From: Candidatus Zipacnadia bacterium
GTDB taxonomy: Bacteria; Armatimonadota; Zipacnadia; Zipacnadales; Zipacnadaceae
DNA: 38,693 nt
Assembly (NCBI GenBank): GCA_029821215.1
Contig: JALGTV010000001.1
Location: 1 to 38,693, forward strand
Direction of reading: 5' to 3'
Shown: positions 8,871-21,027 of the stretch, piece after piece
How positions within the stretch are numbered: position 1 is the first letter of the stretch
Layout of the letters: each line of letters opens with the position of its first letter
The notes under the pieces: generated by a model
Told to the model about the DNA's origin: nothing
Seen by the model: the letters and a program-made list of their open reading frames with translations, nothing else
Databases searched by the model: none
Program-made: the position numbers and the translations under genes

Positions 8871-8891
8871 TAGATTCTGAGGTGAGATGGA

Positions 8892-10418
8892 GTGCGGGTC
8901 AATTCTGATAAACTAATCGCGGCCCTCCGCCAGCAGTTGGCCGAGTATGAACATAAGCTGCAGGTGGAAGAGATAGGTAATGTCGTTGAGGTTGGTGACG
9001 GGATTGCGGTAGTGGATGGCCTGCGGGGGGTAATGTCGCAGGAGCTGCTGGACTTTTCTGGCGGGGTAATGGCGGTTGCCTTTAACTTGGAGGAAGAGAC
9101 GGTTGGGTGCATACTGCTGGGACCTGACGAGGAGATTCAGGAAGGCGACCAGGTGCGACGCACCGGGCGCATCGCCGAGACCAGCGTCGGTGAGGCCGTG
9201 TTTGGTCGAGTAATGACGCCGCTGGCTGAGCCTCTGGATGATCGGGGGCCCATCGCTGCCGACCAGACTCGTCCGCTGGAGCTCAAAGCGCCGGGTGTCA
9301 TCGAGCGCCAACCCGTATGTGAGCCGCTGTACACGGGCATTAAGGCCATTGATGCTATGACCCCTATCGGCCGCGGTCAGCGGGAGCTAATCATTGGTGA
9401 CCGCCAGATAGGTAAGACGGCCATCGCCATTGATACTATCATCAACCAGCGAGACAGCGATGTCAGATGCATCTACGTGGCCATTGGCCAGAAGTTGTCG
9501 GGGGTTCGGCGTATCGCCGCCATTCTACAAGAGCATGGGGCTATGGAATATACCTGTATCGTGGCGGCTTGCGCCAGTGACCCCGCCGCCCTGCTGTACA
9601 TTGCCCCCTACGCCGGCTGTACCATCGGCGAGCACGAACGGGAGAATGGCCGCCATGCCCTGGTCATCTATGATGACCTCTCCAAGCATGCCAAAGCCTA
9701 TCGTGAACTTTCTTTGCTGTTGCGGCGGCCCCCGGGCCGGGAGGCCTATCCAGGCGATATCTTCAACCTCCATTCCCGACTGTTAGAGCGGGCCTGTAAG
9801 CTCAGTGAAGAGCGCGGCGGCGGCTCACTGACTGCCCTACCCATTGTGGAGACCCAGGAGGGAGACTATTCAGCTTATATTCCCACCAACGTCATTTCCA
9901 TTACCGATGGGCAGATTTACCTGGAGCCAGAGCTATTCCACCAGGGCGTCAGGCCGGCGGTCAACGTGGGGTTGAGCGTCTCACGGGTGGGTGGTGCGGC
10001 CCAGCCGCAAATGATGCGCCAAGTCAGTGGGCGACTGCGCACTGACCTGGCCGCGTATCGGGAATATGAGGCATTCACTCGCTTTGCGTCTGAGCTGGAT
10101 GAACGAACTCGGCAGATTCTGGGCCGCGGCCAGCGGATGGTGGAAGTGCTCAAACAAAGACAATATGCCCCGCTCTCGTCCGTGGAGCAGACCATCGCCA
10201 TCTTTGCCGGCACGCGCGGGCACTGGGATGACATTGAGCCTGACCGGATTGACGAACTTGAGCCGCAACTTATTGAGTTTATATACGAGCACCACCCGGA
10301 TGTTGTCGAGACGCTAACCGAGACGGAAGAGATTGAAGAGGAGATGGCGCAGCGGCTGACCGACGCGGTAGAAGAGTTTAAGGGTTCTCTGGAAGCTGAG
10401 CCGAGCGACCAGGAATAA
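8892..10418 (+). CDS. atpA: F0F1 ATP synthase subunit alpha
   Basis: [31 protein letters not shown] and [10 protein letters not shown] motifs. Confidence 0.97.
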   Translation: MRVNSDKLIAALRQQLAEYEHKLQVEEIGNVVEVGDGIAVVDGLRGVMSQELLDFSGGVMAVAFNLEEETVGCILLGPDEEIQEGDQVRRTGRIAETSVGEAVFGRVMTPLAEPLDDRGPIAADQTRPLELKAPGVIERQPVCEPLYTGIKAIDAMTPIGRGQRELIIGDRQIGKTAIAIDTIINQRDSDVRCIYVAIGQKLSGVRRIAAILQEHGAMEYTCIVAACASDPAALLYIAPYAGCTIGEHERENGRHALVIYDDLSKHAKAYRELSLLLRRPPGREAYPGDIFNLHSRLLERACKLSEERGGGSLTALPIVETQEGDYSAYIPTNVISITDGQIYLEPELFHQGVRPAVNVGLSVSRVGGAAQPQMMRQVSGRLRTDLAAYREYEAFTRFASELDERTRQILGRGQRMVEVLKQRQYAPLSSVEQTIAIFAGTRGHWDDIEPDRIDELEPQLIEFIYEHHPDVVETLTETEEIEEEMAQRLTDAVEEFKGSLEAEPSDQE

Positions 10419-10441
10419 TAGGGAGAGAATGGGACGCAACA

Positions 10442-11299
10442 ATGGCGCTTAATCTGCGAGTGCTGCGGCGAAAAATCCGGACCGTGCGCCACATCCAGCA
10501 GATTACTCGGGCCATGAATCTGGTGGCCGCGGCTAAGCTGAGCCGGGCTCAGCAAATTGTCCAGGCGGGCCGATCCTATTACGAGCGCCTGCGCCAGGTG
10601 ACCGAGCATGTGGCGGCTGTCGGCGAGCTGGATCATCCGTATTTGCAGGCGCAGCAAGTCAATGCGGTGGCGGTATTGGTAGTAGGGGGAGATCGGGGGC
10701 TGTGCGGCGGATTTAATAGTAGTATATGGGAGAGCGCCGCTGAATATATTGCGAGCCAGACCGTGGCGACTAGGGTAATGACGGTGGGCAGCCGCATGGA
10801 GCGATTGGCGCGGCGGGCCACAGTTGATTTGGTGCGGGCGTGGCCGGGCTTGAGCGGGCCGCAGGATGCGGGGCTGGCGGCAGAAATAGCGAGTGTGGTG
10901 CGAGGAACGTATGAGCAGGGCGAGGTTGAGGTAGTCCAGGCAGTTTATGCCGATTTTGTGTCGGTAGTGCGACATCCGGTTCGCAATGAACAACTGCTGC
11001 CTATTGTTAGGCAGGGAATAGCTGGTGAAAGAGAAGCGGAGTATCTGTTTGAGCCACCCGCCGAACAGCTACTAAGCTGGCTGTTGCCGCGGGCGGTAGA
11101 CGCAGAAATCCGCCGTATATTGCTGGCTACACACACGGCTGAACAGGCAGCGCGGATGATGGCCATGAGAGCGGCCACCGACAACGCCGAGGACATGATA
11201 GAGGACCTGACTCGCCAATTGAACCGGGCCCGGCAGGAAGAGATTACCGCTGAGCTGTTGGATGTAGTGAGTGGAGCTCAAGCGGTAGGTGAAGAATGA
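10442..11299 (+). CDS. atpG: F0F1 ATP synthase subunit gamma
   Basis: QITRAMNLVAAAK, DRGLCGGFN, ARMMAMRAATDNA and NRARQEEITAEL motifs. Confidence 0.96.
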   Translation: MALNLRVLRRKIRTVRHIQQITRAMNLVAAAKLSRAQQIVQAGRSYYERLRQVTEHVAAVGELDHPYLQAQQVNAVAVLVVGGDRGLCGGFNSSIWESAAEYIASQTVATRVMTVGSRMERLARRATVDLVRAWPGLSGPQDAGLAAEIASVVRGTYEQGEVEVVQAVYADFVSVVRHPVRNEQLLPIVRQGIAGEREAEYLFEPPAEQLLSWLLPRAVDAEIRRILLATHTAEQAARMMAMRAATDNAEDMIEDLTRQLNRARQEEITAELLDVVSGAQAVGEE

Positions 11300-11303
11300 G
11301 TAG

Positions 11304-12725
<1,422 letters not shown>

Positions 12726-12745
12726 GGGGGCGCCGGGCAATAGCT

Positions 12746-13165
12746 ATGGCGGTTAGTTTTCACCTCCAACTGATGACGCCAGAGGGAGTGCTGTTCGACG
12801 GGCAAGTACAGGCGGTGATACTGCCTGGGCACGATGGCTACTTCGGGGTACTGGCTAATCACGCGCCGCTGGTAGCCGAGTTGGGCATCGGTGAGGTGGT
12901 GGTCACGCCCGCTGACGGCCAACGCCGATACTTTGCCATCACCGGGGGAATAGGAGAGGTGGGCGAGAATACGGTGGCGGTACTGGCTGATGGAGGTGAA
13001 GCGGGTGAGGACATTGACGCGGGCCGGGCCAAAGCTGCCGCCGAGCGTGCCCGCCATCGGCTGGGGGGCGAAGGACCGGAGCCGGATATTGATGTCCAAC
13101 GAGCCCAACTGGCGCTGGCCCGAGCCCTGAATCGGCTGCATGTTGTCTCTGAAGTTAGCTCTTAA
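12746..13165 (+). CDS. atpC: F0F1 ATP synthase subunit epsilon
   Basis: GYFGVLANHAPL beta-sandwich plus C-terminal helices ending ALARALNRL. Confidence 0.94.
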   Translation: MAVSFHLQLMTPEGVLFDGQVQAVILPGHDGYFGVLANHAPLVAELGIGEVVVTPADGQRRYFAITGGIGEVGENTVAVLADGGEAGEDIDAGRAKAAAERARHRLGGEGPEPDIDVQRAQLALARALNRLHVVSEVSS

Positions 13166-13268
13166 TGCCCATGTGACGGGTCTGGCGATTCTGCCATAGC
13201 CGCCGATTATTGTGGCTCCTCCACCAGGTACAGTCCATAGCTCCAGACGGCCCATACCTGTCCCCAGG

Positions 13269-13297
13269 TTGACACATTTGTTCAGATAATGTATGAT
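13269..13297 (+). promoter_or_regulatory. Sigma70 promoter for the SLH-porin gene
   Basis: TTGACA (13269-13274), 17-nt spacer, TATGAT (13292-13297). Confidence 0.65.
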
Positions 13298-13431
13298 ATG
13301 GTTGATTTTTGGGTACGTATTGACCTAAGTGGTAATTGTAGCCCAGGGTACTGACGACGAATTTATTAAAGCAAGGGTCGGTTAGTAGCGTAACTAATAT
13401 GAGCGGCAGTTAGCCAATGGAGGGAATACCA

Positions 13432-15234
13432 ATGCACCGATATTGGGTCGCCGCAGTCGTCGTTATGAGCTTGGTCGCAGCACCTGTTGAGGCCGGGGGG
13501 CCAGCTCGCCGAGTACCAGTTCGCCGAAAGCCTCCTGTAGCCAGACCCAAGCCCCCAACTCCCCCACCGGTGGTGCTCCCACCACCGGGCCATCCGCTGG
13601 AGACCGTTCCTCTTGACCACTGGGCCTATGATGCTGTCAAGAAGTTGGTGGAAGTGGGGATACTGATTGGGTATCCGGACAAATGGCTGCGCGGGGGACG
13701 GGCCATGACTCGCTATGAGTTTGCCATGGCCATCTCCCGGTTGTTGGATGCGCTGGCGCCGGTAAAACCGGCAGCTCCCGGGCCGCTCGGTCCGCCGGGA
13801 CCACCAGGAGAACCAGGGCCTCCGGGACCGGCGGGTGAACCTGGACAACCTGGCCCGCCGGGGGAGCCGGGACCACCAGCAGATATGACCGAAATTCGCC
13901 ACCTCACCGAAGCCCTGCAACAGGAGTTTAAGGAAGAACTGGCGGGCCTGCGAGAGCAGACCGATGCTACATCGTCGCTGGTGGAGGATCTGACCGAGCG
14001 GGTGGGCAGGCTGGAGGAACCTAAGACCCGCATCGGCGGCTGGATTGAATATCGCATCGGCTATGTCGGCAGTAAGCTATTTGAGAGTGAAAGTCTCGCT
14101 GATGACCTTACGGCCAAAATAACGGTCAGCCGGGATATTGACGAAGATACCGACGCTAAGATAGCCCTCAAGTTTGCCGACGGCGTGTTGCCCTTGACTG
14201 TGCTGGGGGTGGAAGTAGGCGAGAGACCACTATATCGCAACCCGCCTGGGGCCTTCACCGAGGGGTACGGTCAGGATCACTTCTGGCTGGATGAGGCGTG
14301 GCTAACCCGTCATATCGGCACCGACGATTTCTGGCGGGCCGGCCGCCAGTTCCAAGACTATGGACTGGGGCTGGTAGTGAATAATGAGCGCCGGGCCCAA
14401 CAGGGCATACGGCGCCGGTTCAATGGACTGTGGGGCACCGATTTTGACTTTGACGTATTCGCTGGGGGCGCTTCCTATGACTGGATGCCGATTCCGGTGA
14501 GTTTTAGGCCGGGAGGTCCAGTGGGCTCCAGCGGTATAGACGGATATGTGTCGGCCAGACTGTCCTATGACCGCCCGCGGTACACAATCGGCGTCAACTG
14601 GCTACCCACCGGAGTGGGGCGGGAGGACGCGGCAAGCGCTGATCTGGCCTGGCGCTACAGTGGTGATAAGTACATATTGTTTGAGGAGGCTCGCCAGGAT
14701 TTCCATGCCAATCGCTACCTATATTACCGCAAACACCGCCCCAGCGCGGCCATGGCCGTGGTTGATATTACTAAGTCTGAAGATTTCTGGCTGCAAGGGT
14801 TCTATTCGAAGGTGGATGCCGAATATGATATCCAATACTCGTCCATCCACCCGTACCTCAAAATAGAACAGCGCCATCGGCCAGGCAACCTGATCTATTG
14901 GGATCGCTGGTTGTGGAATCCACCGGCTATGACCAACCTGGAGTTCTTGGGCGGGAATATCTGGACCCGTATTTGTCATACACCGGTGCAGTTGACATAC
15001 TACGAGGTGGACAAAACGAGTGACTGGTGGTATGGCGCGCAGATTGCGTCTCTGACTCACGATAGGCTATGGGCTATCCGCACTACCCATCGGGTGGCCG
15101 ACGGGGTAGATGTGATACTAACCTATGCCCACCAGGACCGTTCAGACTATCCCAACCTGGACATTGAAGGCAGCCCGCTGGCTGATTATGGTGACCAAGA
15201 CCTGTTCCAGGCTATGGTCCAGGTCTCCTTTTAG
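13432..15234 (+). CDS. OmpM/SlpA-like outer-membrane protein: signal peptide, SLH domain, collagen-like repeat, coiled coil, putative beta-barrel
   Basis: RBS GGAGGG before ATG 13432; signal peptide ending VEA; SLH motif VPLDHWAYDAV...GYPD...MTRYEFA; coiled coil LQQEFKEEL...LTERVGRLE; aromatic-rich beta region with terminal Phe (MVQVSF). Confidence 0.8.
   Translation: MHRYWVAAVVVMSLVAAPVEAGGPARRVPVRRKPPVARPKPPTPPPVVLPPPGHPLETVPLDHWAYDAVKKLVEVGILIGYPDKWLRGGRAMTRYEFAMAISRLLDALAPVKPAAPGPLGPPGPPGEPGPPGPAGEPGQPGPPGEPGPPADMTEIRHLTEALQQEFKEELAGLREQTDATSSLVEDLTERVGRLEEPKTRIGGWIEYRIGYVGSKLFESESLADDLTAKITVSRDIDEDTDAKIALKFADGVLPLTVLGVEVGERPLYRNPPGAFTEGYGQDHFWLDEAWLTRHIGTDDFWRAGRQFQDYGLGLVVNNERRAQQGIRRRFNGLWGTDFDFDVFAGGASYDWMPIPVSFRPGGPVGSSGIDGYVSARLSYDRPRYTIGVNWLPTGVGREDAASADLAWRYSGDKYILFEEARQDFHANRYLYYRKHRPSAAMAVVDITKSEDFWLQGFYSKVDAEYDIQYSSIHPYLKIEQRHRPGNLIYWDRWLWNPPAMTNLEFLGGNIWTRICHTPVQLTYYEVDKTSDWWYGAQIASLTHDRLWAIRTTHRVADGVDVILTYAHQDRSDYPNLDIEGSPLADYGDQDLFQAMVQVSF
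13780..13878 (+). repeat. Collagen-like (Gly-X-Y)11 coding repeat
   Basis: GPL GPP GPP GEP GPP GPA GEP GQP GPP GEP GPP, uninterrupted. Confidence 0.92.
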
Positions 15235-15279
15235 AGCCAAGTGACGCGATGTAGTTATAGCCTGGCCACCGTACTTATC

Positions 15280-15313
15280 GTGGCTGTGGTCCGTAGAGGC
15301 CGCAGCCACTTTC
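15280..15313 (+). terminator. Probable terminator hairpin after the porin gene
   Basis: GTGGCTGTGGTC / GGCCGCAGCCAC 12-bp stem (two G-U pairs) followed by a short TTTC. Confidence 0.45.
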
Positions 15314-15343
15314 ATCTGTATGCAGCAATGAAGGGCACAGGCC

Positions 15344-15484
15344 ATGACAGTTGAACCGGGTGACGTGTTAGACTCGGTGCTGGATTGGCTCCAGACACAA
15401 ATTGACCTGGAGCACTTGGCCAAAGTTGAACAGCACCACCGCGATGTTATGCACTGGCGACCATTCGCTCTTGGTCTTAGCTGA
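15344..15484 (+). pseudogene. 46-aa ORF, probable N-terminal remnant of a larger gene
   Basis: [46 protein letters not shown], with a purine-rich GAAGGG upstream. Protein-like helical composition that ends abruptly. Confidence 0.4.
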
Positions 15485-15597
15485 CGGGGGAGGTGGCCAG
15501 GGGTAGAGGCGGAGGTCAATTGGTTGGCGACGGTCAATTTAATGCTAAAGCTACTACGATTCATATTTCCACCAACTTCCACTTCAGGCGGCAAGTC

Positions 15598-16242
15598 ATG
15601 AAATCAGCTCTTATGGTATGGGGAGGCTGGGAAGGGCACGAACCCAAGCAATGTGTAGATATCTTCGCTCCCTATCTGGAGGAGCAGGACTTTGATGTAC
15701 GGCTCTCCCACTCGCTGGACGTGTATCTGGAGCAAGATTATATGGAGTCGCTGAGCCTTATTGTACCGGTGTGGACTATGGGAACAATCACTGGGGAGCA
15801 AGAGCAGGGGCTGCTGGCGGCGGTGCGCAGCGGGGTAGGTATCGCTGGCTGGCATGGCGGTATGGGGGACTCGTTCCGGAATAATACTGAGTATCAGTTC
15901 ATGGTGGGTGGCCAATGGGTGGCCCATCCCGGAGGAATAATAGACTGCGTGGTCAACATCATCAACCACCAGGACCCGATCACGGCCGGGCTGGAGGATT
16001 TCAAGATACACTCTGAACAGTATTATATGCATGTGGATCCGTCCAACCAGGTTCTGGCCACCACTACATTCAGCGGGGATGAGTACCCCTGGATTGAGGG
16101 TTGTGTCATGCCAGTGGTGTGGAAACGGCACTATGGGCAAGGCCGAGTGTTTTATACATCCTTGGGCCATGTGGCCGCAGATTTTGATGTACCTGAGGCC
16201 CGTAGTATTGTCCAGCGGGGAATGCTGTGGGCCAGTCGTTAG
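15598..16242 (+). CDS. ThuA-like (class I glutamine amidotransferase-like) domain protein
   Basis: [34 protein letters not shown] and [10 protein letters not shown]; likely start ATG 15598. Confidence 0.85.
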   Translation: MKSALMVWGGWEGHEPKQCVDIFAPYLEEQDFDVRLSHSLDVYLEQDYMESLSLIVPVWTMGTITGEQEQGLLAAVRSGVGIAGWHGGMGDSFRNNTEYQFMVGGQWVAHPGGIIDCVVNIINHQDPITAGLEDFKIHSEQYYMHVDPSNQVLATTTFSGDEYPWIEGCVMPVVWKRHYGQGRVFYTSLGHVAADFDVPEARSIVQRGMLWASR

Positions 16243-16317
16243 CGTCGCTGCAGAGCCATCGGTGGTCCCTGCGATCCACAAATTCGTCAACATACCCATA
16301 AAGATGAGGTAATCCTA

Positions 16318-17427
16318 ATGAGCGTATCGCCGGTCAATATTGGCTTTATTGGCTGTGGGCAGATTAGCGGCCCATACCTGAGAATGTGTAAGCAGTTTGA
16401 GGTTCTACAAATAGCCGCCTGCGCCGATTTGATGATGGAGCGGGCTGAAGCGCAGGCTACCCAATATGAGGTGCCGGTGGCTTGTAGTCCGGAGGAACTG
16501 CTGGCCGACCCCGCAATCCAGATTGTGGTCAACCTCACTCCGCCCCAAGCCCATTATGAAGTGGCGATGGCAGCGATTGAAGCCGGCAAGAGCGTATGGA
16601 ATGAAAAGCCACTGGCCCTCAATCGGCAAGAAGGCCAGGAGCTACTGGCGGCGGCAGATGAGGCCGGCGTGCTGGTCGGCTGTGCGCCGGATACATTCCT
16701 GGGTGCCGGCCTCCAGACCAGTATCAAGCTGATTGATGACGGAGAAATCGGGGAACCCATTGGGGCCACGGCATTTATGCTGTCCTGCGGGGCCGAACAC
16801 TTCCATCCCAACCCAGAATTTTTCTACCGAACCGGCGGCGGGCCGATGTTTGATATGGGGCCTTATTATCTGACTGCCTTGATTGCTATGCTGGGCCCGG
16901 TGCAGCGGGTTACTGGTTCAGCGCGCATTAGCTTCCCCGAGCGGACTATCACCAGTAAGCCCAAACAAGGCACCAAGATTACCGTGGAAGTGCCCACTCA
17001 TGTGGCGGGCATTATGGATTTTGCAAGTGGCGCGATTGGGACGATTATCACCAGCTTTGATGTCTGGGCAACCCAGCTGCCTCGCATTGAAATCTACGGG
17101 AGTGAGGCCACATTGAGTGTACCCGACCCCAATACGGTAAAGGGGCCGGTGCGGGTGCGCAGGGCGGGTGAGGATGACTGGCAGCAGATAGAGCTGACCC
17201 ACGGGTATAGAGATAATGCCCGCAGTATTGGGGTAGCGGATATGGCTTATGCGCTCCAGTCAGGACGACCCCACCGGGCCAGTGGCGAGCTGGCATACCA
17301 CGTACTGGATATTATGTGTGCCATCCATGAGGCTTCCGATCAGGGGCAGCACATCAAGCTGACCAGTACCTGCTCCCGTCCGGCGCCGTTGCCGGTCGGT
17401 CTGCCGGATGGCACACTGGATAAGTAG
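16318..17427 (+). CDS. Gfo/Idh/MocA family NAD(P)-dependent oxidoreductase
   Basis: GFIGCGQIS Rossmann motif, [14 protein letters not shown] and [11 protein letters not shown]. Confidence 0.9.
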   Translation: MSVSPVNIGFIGCGQISGPYLRMCKQFEVLQIAACADLMMERAEAQATQYEVPVACSPEELLADPAIQIVVNLTPPQAHYEVAMAAIEAGKSVWNEKPLALNRQEGQELLAAADEAGVLVGCAPDTFLGAGLQTSIKLIDDGEIGEPIGATAFMLSCGAEHFHPNPEFFYRTGGGPMFDMGPYYLTALIAMLGPVQRVTGSARISFPERTITSKPKQGTKITVEVPTHVAGIMDFASGAIGTIITSFDVWATQLPRIEIYGSEATLSVPDPNTVKGPVRVRRAGEDDWQQIELTHGYRDNARSIGVADMAYALQSGRPHRASGELAYHVLDIMCAIHEASDQGQHIKLTSTCSRPAPLPVGLPDGTLDK

Positions 17428-17583
17428 TTCTGCCGAGCCGTAGCTAAGGCAGAATCTCCGGGCCGTATGGCGGATTAGCCCCGAGCCAATGCTGCCAGAG
17501 CACTCGCGATGGATATTGCGTTTTTATTGGTTAGGCCCACCTCTCTGCATCAGGCTTATTTTGCCGCTCGGGTTGATAATTGC

Positions 17584-20500
17584 TCAACGGACTATATTCA
17601 TAGCAGCCAGGCCCCGGGCTGCGGTCCCGTCCGGGGCAGCAGCCCGTATCTCAATAAGGTATCGGCCATTGGGCACCACACTACCGTTGCCACTGCGTCC
17701 ATCCCAAGCCACTATGCTCTGCCCGGCAGGATATGTCCGTCCCGTCTGTAGTACTCTGATGGGCCGGCCGGCAATGTTCATAATTTTTATATCACAATTA
17801 GCAGATTTAGACAGGATAAATGTTATCTGACCCCGGCCGTGGTGGGATAGAGCAGTCACATTGGTCACCATTAGTGGTTGGTTACCAGTACGGTGAAATT
17901 CCAGGCGGAAATGACGTTGGCCAGGTTGGCCTGCAGTAAAGCGGTAGCAGTGCTGAGTGCGTAAATTGACCGTTTTTGCGCTCTCCCGGTCACAGAGGGT
18001 CGCCGTGTACCGTGAGGGTATCTGGTCAACAGTGGGCCAAGATATGATTATCTCCGCGAACGGCTGCTGCCAGGTCACTGTCATCTCCCATATTAACTGA
18101 GGCTTATCCTGGCGGCGGAAACTGGCAGCTAACCGCCGGTTGCTGGCCGAAGGTGAGAAGTATAGGTCTACGCCGCCAGCGACAGTGGGAGGATTGTCCA
18201 CACAAGTAACGGCAGCCGCCGGCCGCACTCCGCAGAAGTTGTCCATATCCCGGAACTGACCAGCCTCGGCCACTAAGCGCAGGGCCCAGCCATTGTCAGA
18301 TTCAGTAGTCGTAACGGCGGCTTGGGCCGGGTGAGGGAGTTGGGCTGGTGCGGAAGGCCGGGGGATAGTCACAGTGCAGTTTTTCAAGACCAGCATCCAG
18401 AATCCCTGCCACGGCGAAACCAAGCGACTACCGGCTGTGTCAGCATTGATCATCCGATAACTGTGACTATCATCCTCGTAGACCCATGCCACACTGCGGG
18501 CAATTCCCTGGATATCCGCGCTGAGTAGATCCATAGTGTTACTCTCATAAGTTACCGTACAGGCTCCGAAATCAATAGCACCAAAGAAAGGATTAGCCAA
18601 TTGATGCCAACCGGGCTGGACGGGGACATCAAAGTCACCAGCCGGTGCTGAAGTGCCTTCCGGTTGGACGTTCACTTGATGGGGCAAGTCTATCCAAAAG
18701 CCGCTCCCCAGGGCCAATTGCAGGAATTGGGGCAGCGGTTCGCCTTGATAATACACATATTGGTTATTGGTAGTATCCCATCGGGCATATTGAAGCTCAG
18801 CAGGGTCCAGGCCGAAAAGTGTTGCCGGGTGCTCATCAATGGGTACTGCCGGAGTCCCGAGCATAGCTAAGCCGGCAGGGAAGGTCAGCTCGCCATTGGG
18901 ATATGACTGGACGGGTCCAGCAGTCTGGACGAATAGCTCTTCATTGCCGACCACATCCACGGCAGTGATGGCATAGTAGTAATCCACTCCATCCAGTGTA
19001 GTGTCATCAATGTACTGCGCGACAGTGGACTGCTCAATAGCGACCATAGCGGTCAGACCGTCCACGTTATTGAAATCTCGCGTACGGCGGTAAATCCGAT
19101 ATGCAGCAAAGTCAGATGGGGGGGAGTAGGTCCAAGTCAGGACCACTGCACCTCCGTCATCATCAGGCCGGTCAACAGCACCCAGGGTGGTTATCTGTGG
19201 CGGTGGACAGTCGTCGCGGGATTGTACCGGACCGGTTATTTGTGAGTCGCTGAATAGGGTACCGTCACTGGTGCGGATCAGGTAGTAGTAATCGGTGCCG
19301 TCAGTGACCGTCTCGTCCGAGTATTGTTCGGTACCAGCAGGCAACTGGGCGATATCCTCAAAGGGGCCGGATGCATTGGGGGCGCGGCGGATAATGTAAC
19401 TGGTGACACTGTCGGCCCCGGCACCATCGTCGGGTGATTTGAGCCAGGTTATGGTGATACTGCCGCCTTGATCGCCAGGGGTGTCCTGGGCGCTTAGCTC
19501 GGCAACAGGACGAGGCGCACTGGCAACTCCCAGGGCCCGAGCCGCATTAACTCGGCCTGTACCCAATTTCCCGGCGTAGCCGGGGTTGGCTTCATCAATA
19601 TTGTCAGTGGTATTACGGATGGACTGGTATACCTGGGCCGGGGTGATCGTAGGGTACTGAGCGATGAGCAGAGCCGCCAGACCCGAGACGATGGGGCAAG
19701 AAAAAGAGGTGCCGCTATTGGTGCCCCAATACTCGTCAAACATCGGCCAGGCCGGGTCGTAAAACATGGGCCCGTACACCGCCTGACCGGGAGCGGCTAC
19801 GTCTACAAAATTAGCCGTAGAACTATCAAAGTTGGCGTAGTTAGCCCGCTGATCGTAGCGATCAGTAGCGGTAATTCCGAGCACATAGTTGTCGCTGAAT
19901 ACATCGGGGCCGTCATTGCAGACCGGCGACTCCCAGGTGGACTGGGCATTAGTGAATTCAGTGTCACTGTTTCCGGCCGCTGACACCACCACTATCCCCG
20001 CCTCGTAGGCTCTATTTATAGGGGGCGAGAAGGCCTGCGAGTAGCCACCTCCGAGGCTGAGATTGATGATGTCAACACCCATCTGGGTAGCATAGTCAAT
20101 GGCCTCGCACACCCGTGATACCGGGCTGCCACCGTCATCGTCAAAAACCTGGATGGGCAGGATCTTCGCCGACCAATCCATGCCGGCACTCCCCCAGCCA
20201 TCATTAGTTACCGCCGCCGCCAGCCCCGCCGCCAGGGTACCGTGGGAGACCTGTTCATCTACTGATCCGTTACTGTCATCGTCCTGGCCGTCGGGTTGAG
20301 GTGTGGGATCGTTATCGTCGTGGACGAAATCCCAACCGTGGACATCATCAATGAAGCCATTACCATCGTCATCAATTCCGTTGCCCGGCACCTCGCCGGG
20401 ATTGGTCCAGATTTTGGCAGCTAAGTCGGGATGATCCAGATCACAGCCCGAATCAATAATGGCGATGACTACCGAGGAACTACCCACCGTCACCTCCCAG

Positions 20501-21027
20501 GCCTGGGGCGCATCTATAAGGGGCAGATGATACTGGTGGCTATACTTGGGGTCATTGGGGATGCGGGCGGGGTAGACGAAGGTATCGGGTACCGCGAACT
20601 CAACCTCGGGGCGAGTAGCCAGTTCAGTGGCCGCCGCATGCAGGTCGCTACCCCGGGGCAAGTCCACGACCACCATACCGCTAACTGGCAACGCCCGCGC
20701 TATCCGGCAATTAGTCTCAGCCGCCAGTGGCTGAAGCTGAGCTGGCCGGACATGGGGACGTAGCTTAACAATCAGCCGGTCAGCTACTGCTCGGGGCGGC
20801 ACGTAGCGGAGCTGGCCCGTCGGCTGGACAATGGCATAGGGTCGGCCCGGTATGGGCACGGTCTTGGCAGGCACAGCCGTGGCGGCTACGGCTGAGGAAA
20901 CAACCATCAGACCCAGTAAGCTGGCCCCCAGGCACAGCGAATTACATTTGCTAATACTAATCACTACTGCTGTCTCCGCTTGTTGGGCATTTACAATGTA
21001 GCCGCCGGCTGATGGCCGGCGGTGCAT
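17584..21027 (-). CDS. Secreted S8 (subtilisin-like) serine protease with propeptide, two FN3-like repeats and a C-terminal FlgD-Ig-like domain
   Basis: Catalytic residues in IIDSG, SHGT, AAGN and GTSFS; Ca-loop DDDGNGFIDDVHGWDF; repeats DTPGDQGGSITITW / DRPDDDGGAVVLTW; C-terminal WDGRSGNGSVVPNGRYLI. Confidence 0.9.
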   Translation of the reverse strand: MHRRPSAGGYIVNAQQAETAVVISISKCNSLCLGASLLGLMVVSSAVAATAVPAKTVPIPGRPYAIVQPTGQLRYVPPRAVADRLIVKLRPHVRPAQLQPLAAETNCRIARALPVSGMVVVDLPRGSDLHAAATELATRPEVEFAVPDTFVYPARIPNDPKYSHQYHLPLIDAPQAWEVTVGSSSVVIAIIDSGCDLDHPDLAAKIWTNPGEVPGNGIDDDGNGFIDDVHGWDFVHDDNDPTPQPDGQDDDSNGSVDEQVSHGTLAAGLAAAVTNDGWGSAGMDWSAKILPIQVFDDDGGSPVSRVCEAIDYATQMGVDIINLSLGGGYSQAFSPPINRAYEAGIVVVSAAGNSDTEFTNAQSTWESPVCNDGPDVFSDNYVLGITATDRYDQRANYANFDSSTANFVDVAAPGQAVYGPMFYDPAWPMFDEYWGTNSGTSFSCPIVSGLAALLIAQYPTITPAQVYQSIRNTTDNIDEANPGYAGKLGTGRVNAARALGVASAPRPVAELSAQDTPGDQGGSITITWLKSPDDGAGADSVTSYIIRRAPNASGPFEDIAQLPAGTEQYSDETVTDGTDYYYLIRTSDGTLFSDSQITGPVQSRDDCPPPQITTLGAVDRPDDDGGAVVLTWTYSPPSDFAAYRIYRRTRDFNNVDGLTAMVAIEQSTVAQYIDDTTLDGVDYYYAITAVDVVGNEELFVQTAGPVQSYPNGELTFPAGLAMLGTPAVPIDEHPATLFGLDPAELQYARWDTTNNQYVYYQGEPLPQFLQLALGSGFWIDLPHQVNVQPEGTSAPAGDFDVPVQPGWHQLANPFFGAIDFGACTVTYESNTMDLLSADIQGIARSVAWVYEDDSHSYRMINADTAGSRLVSPWQGFWMLVLKNCTVTIPRPSAPAQLPHPAQAAVTTTESDNGWALRLVAEAGQFRDMDNFCGVRPAAAVTCVDNPPTVAGGVDLYFSPSASNRRLAASFRRQDKPQLIWEMTVTWQQPFAEIIISWPTVDQIPSRYTATLCDRESAKTVNLRTQHCYRFTAGQPGQRHFRLEFHRTGNQPLMVTNVTALSHHGRGQITFILSKSANCDIKIMNIAGRPIRVLQTGRTYPAGQSIVAWDGRSGNGSVVPNGRYLIEIRAAAPDGTAARGLAAMNIVR

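Noticed and set aside
9917..10993. Long antisense or alternative-frame ORFs (e.g. 9917..10993, 1758..2555, 3200..3916, 15604..16299, 31382..32044, 37940..38653)
   Set aside because: They shadow well-supported genes, carry no recognisable motifs, and are expected in GC-rich coding DNA.
13780..13878. Periodic GC-rich DNA as a possible CRISPR array or VNTR
   Set aside because: The 9-nt periodicity with varied synonymous codons is explained by Gly-X-Y coding, and there are no spacers or cas genes.
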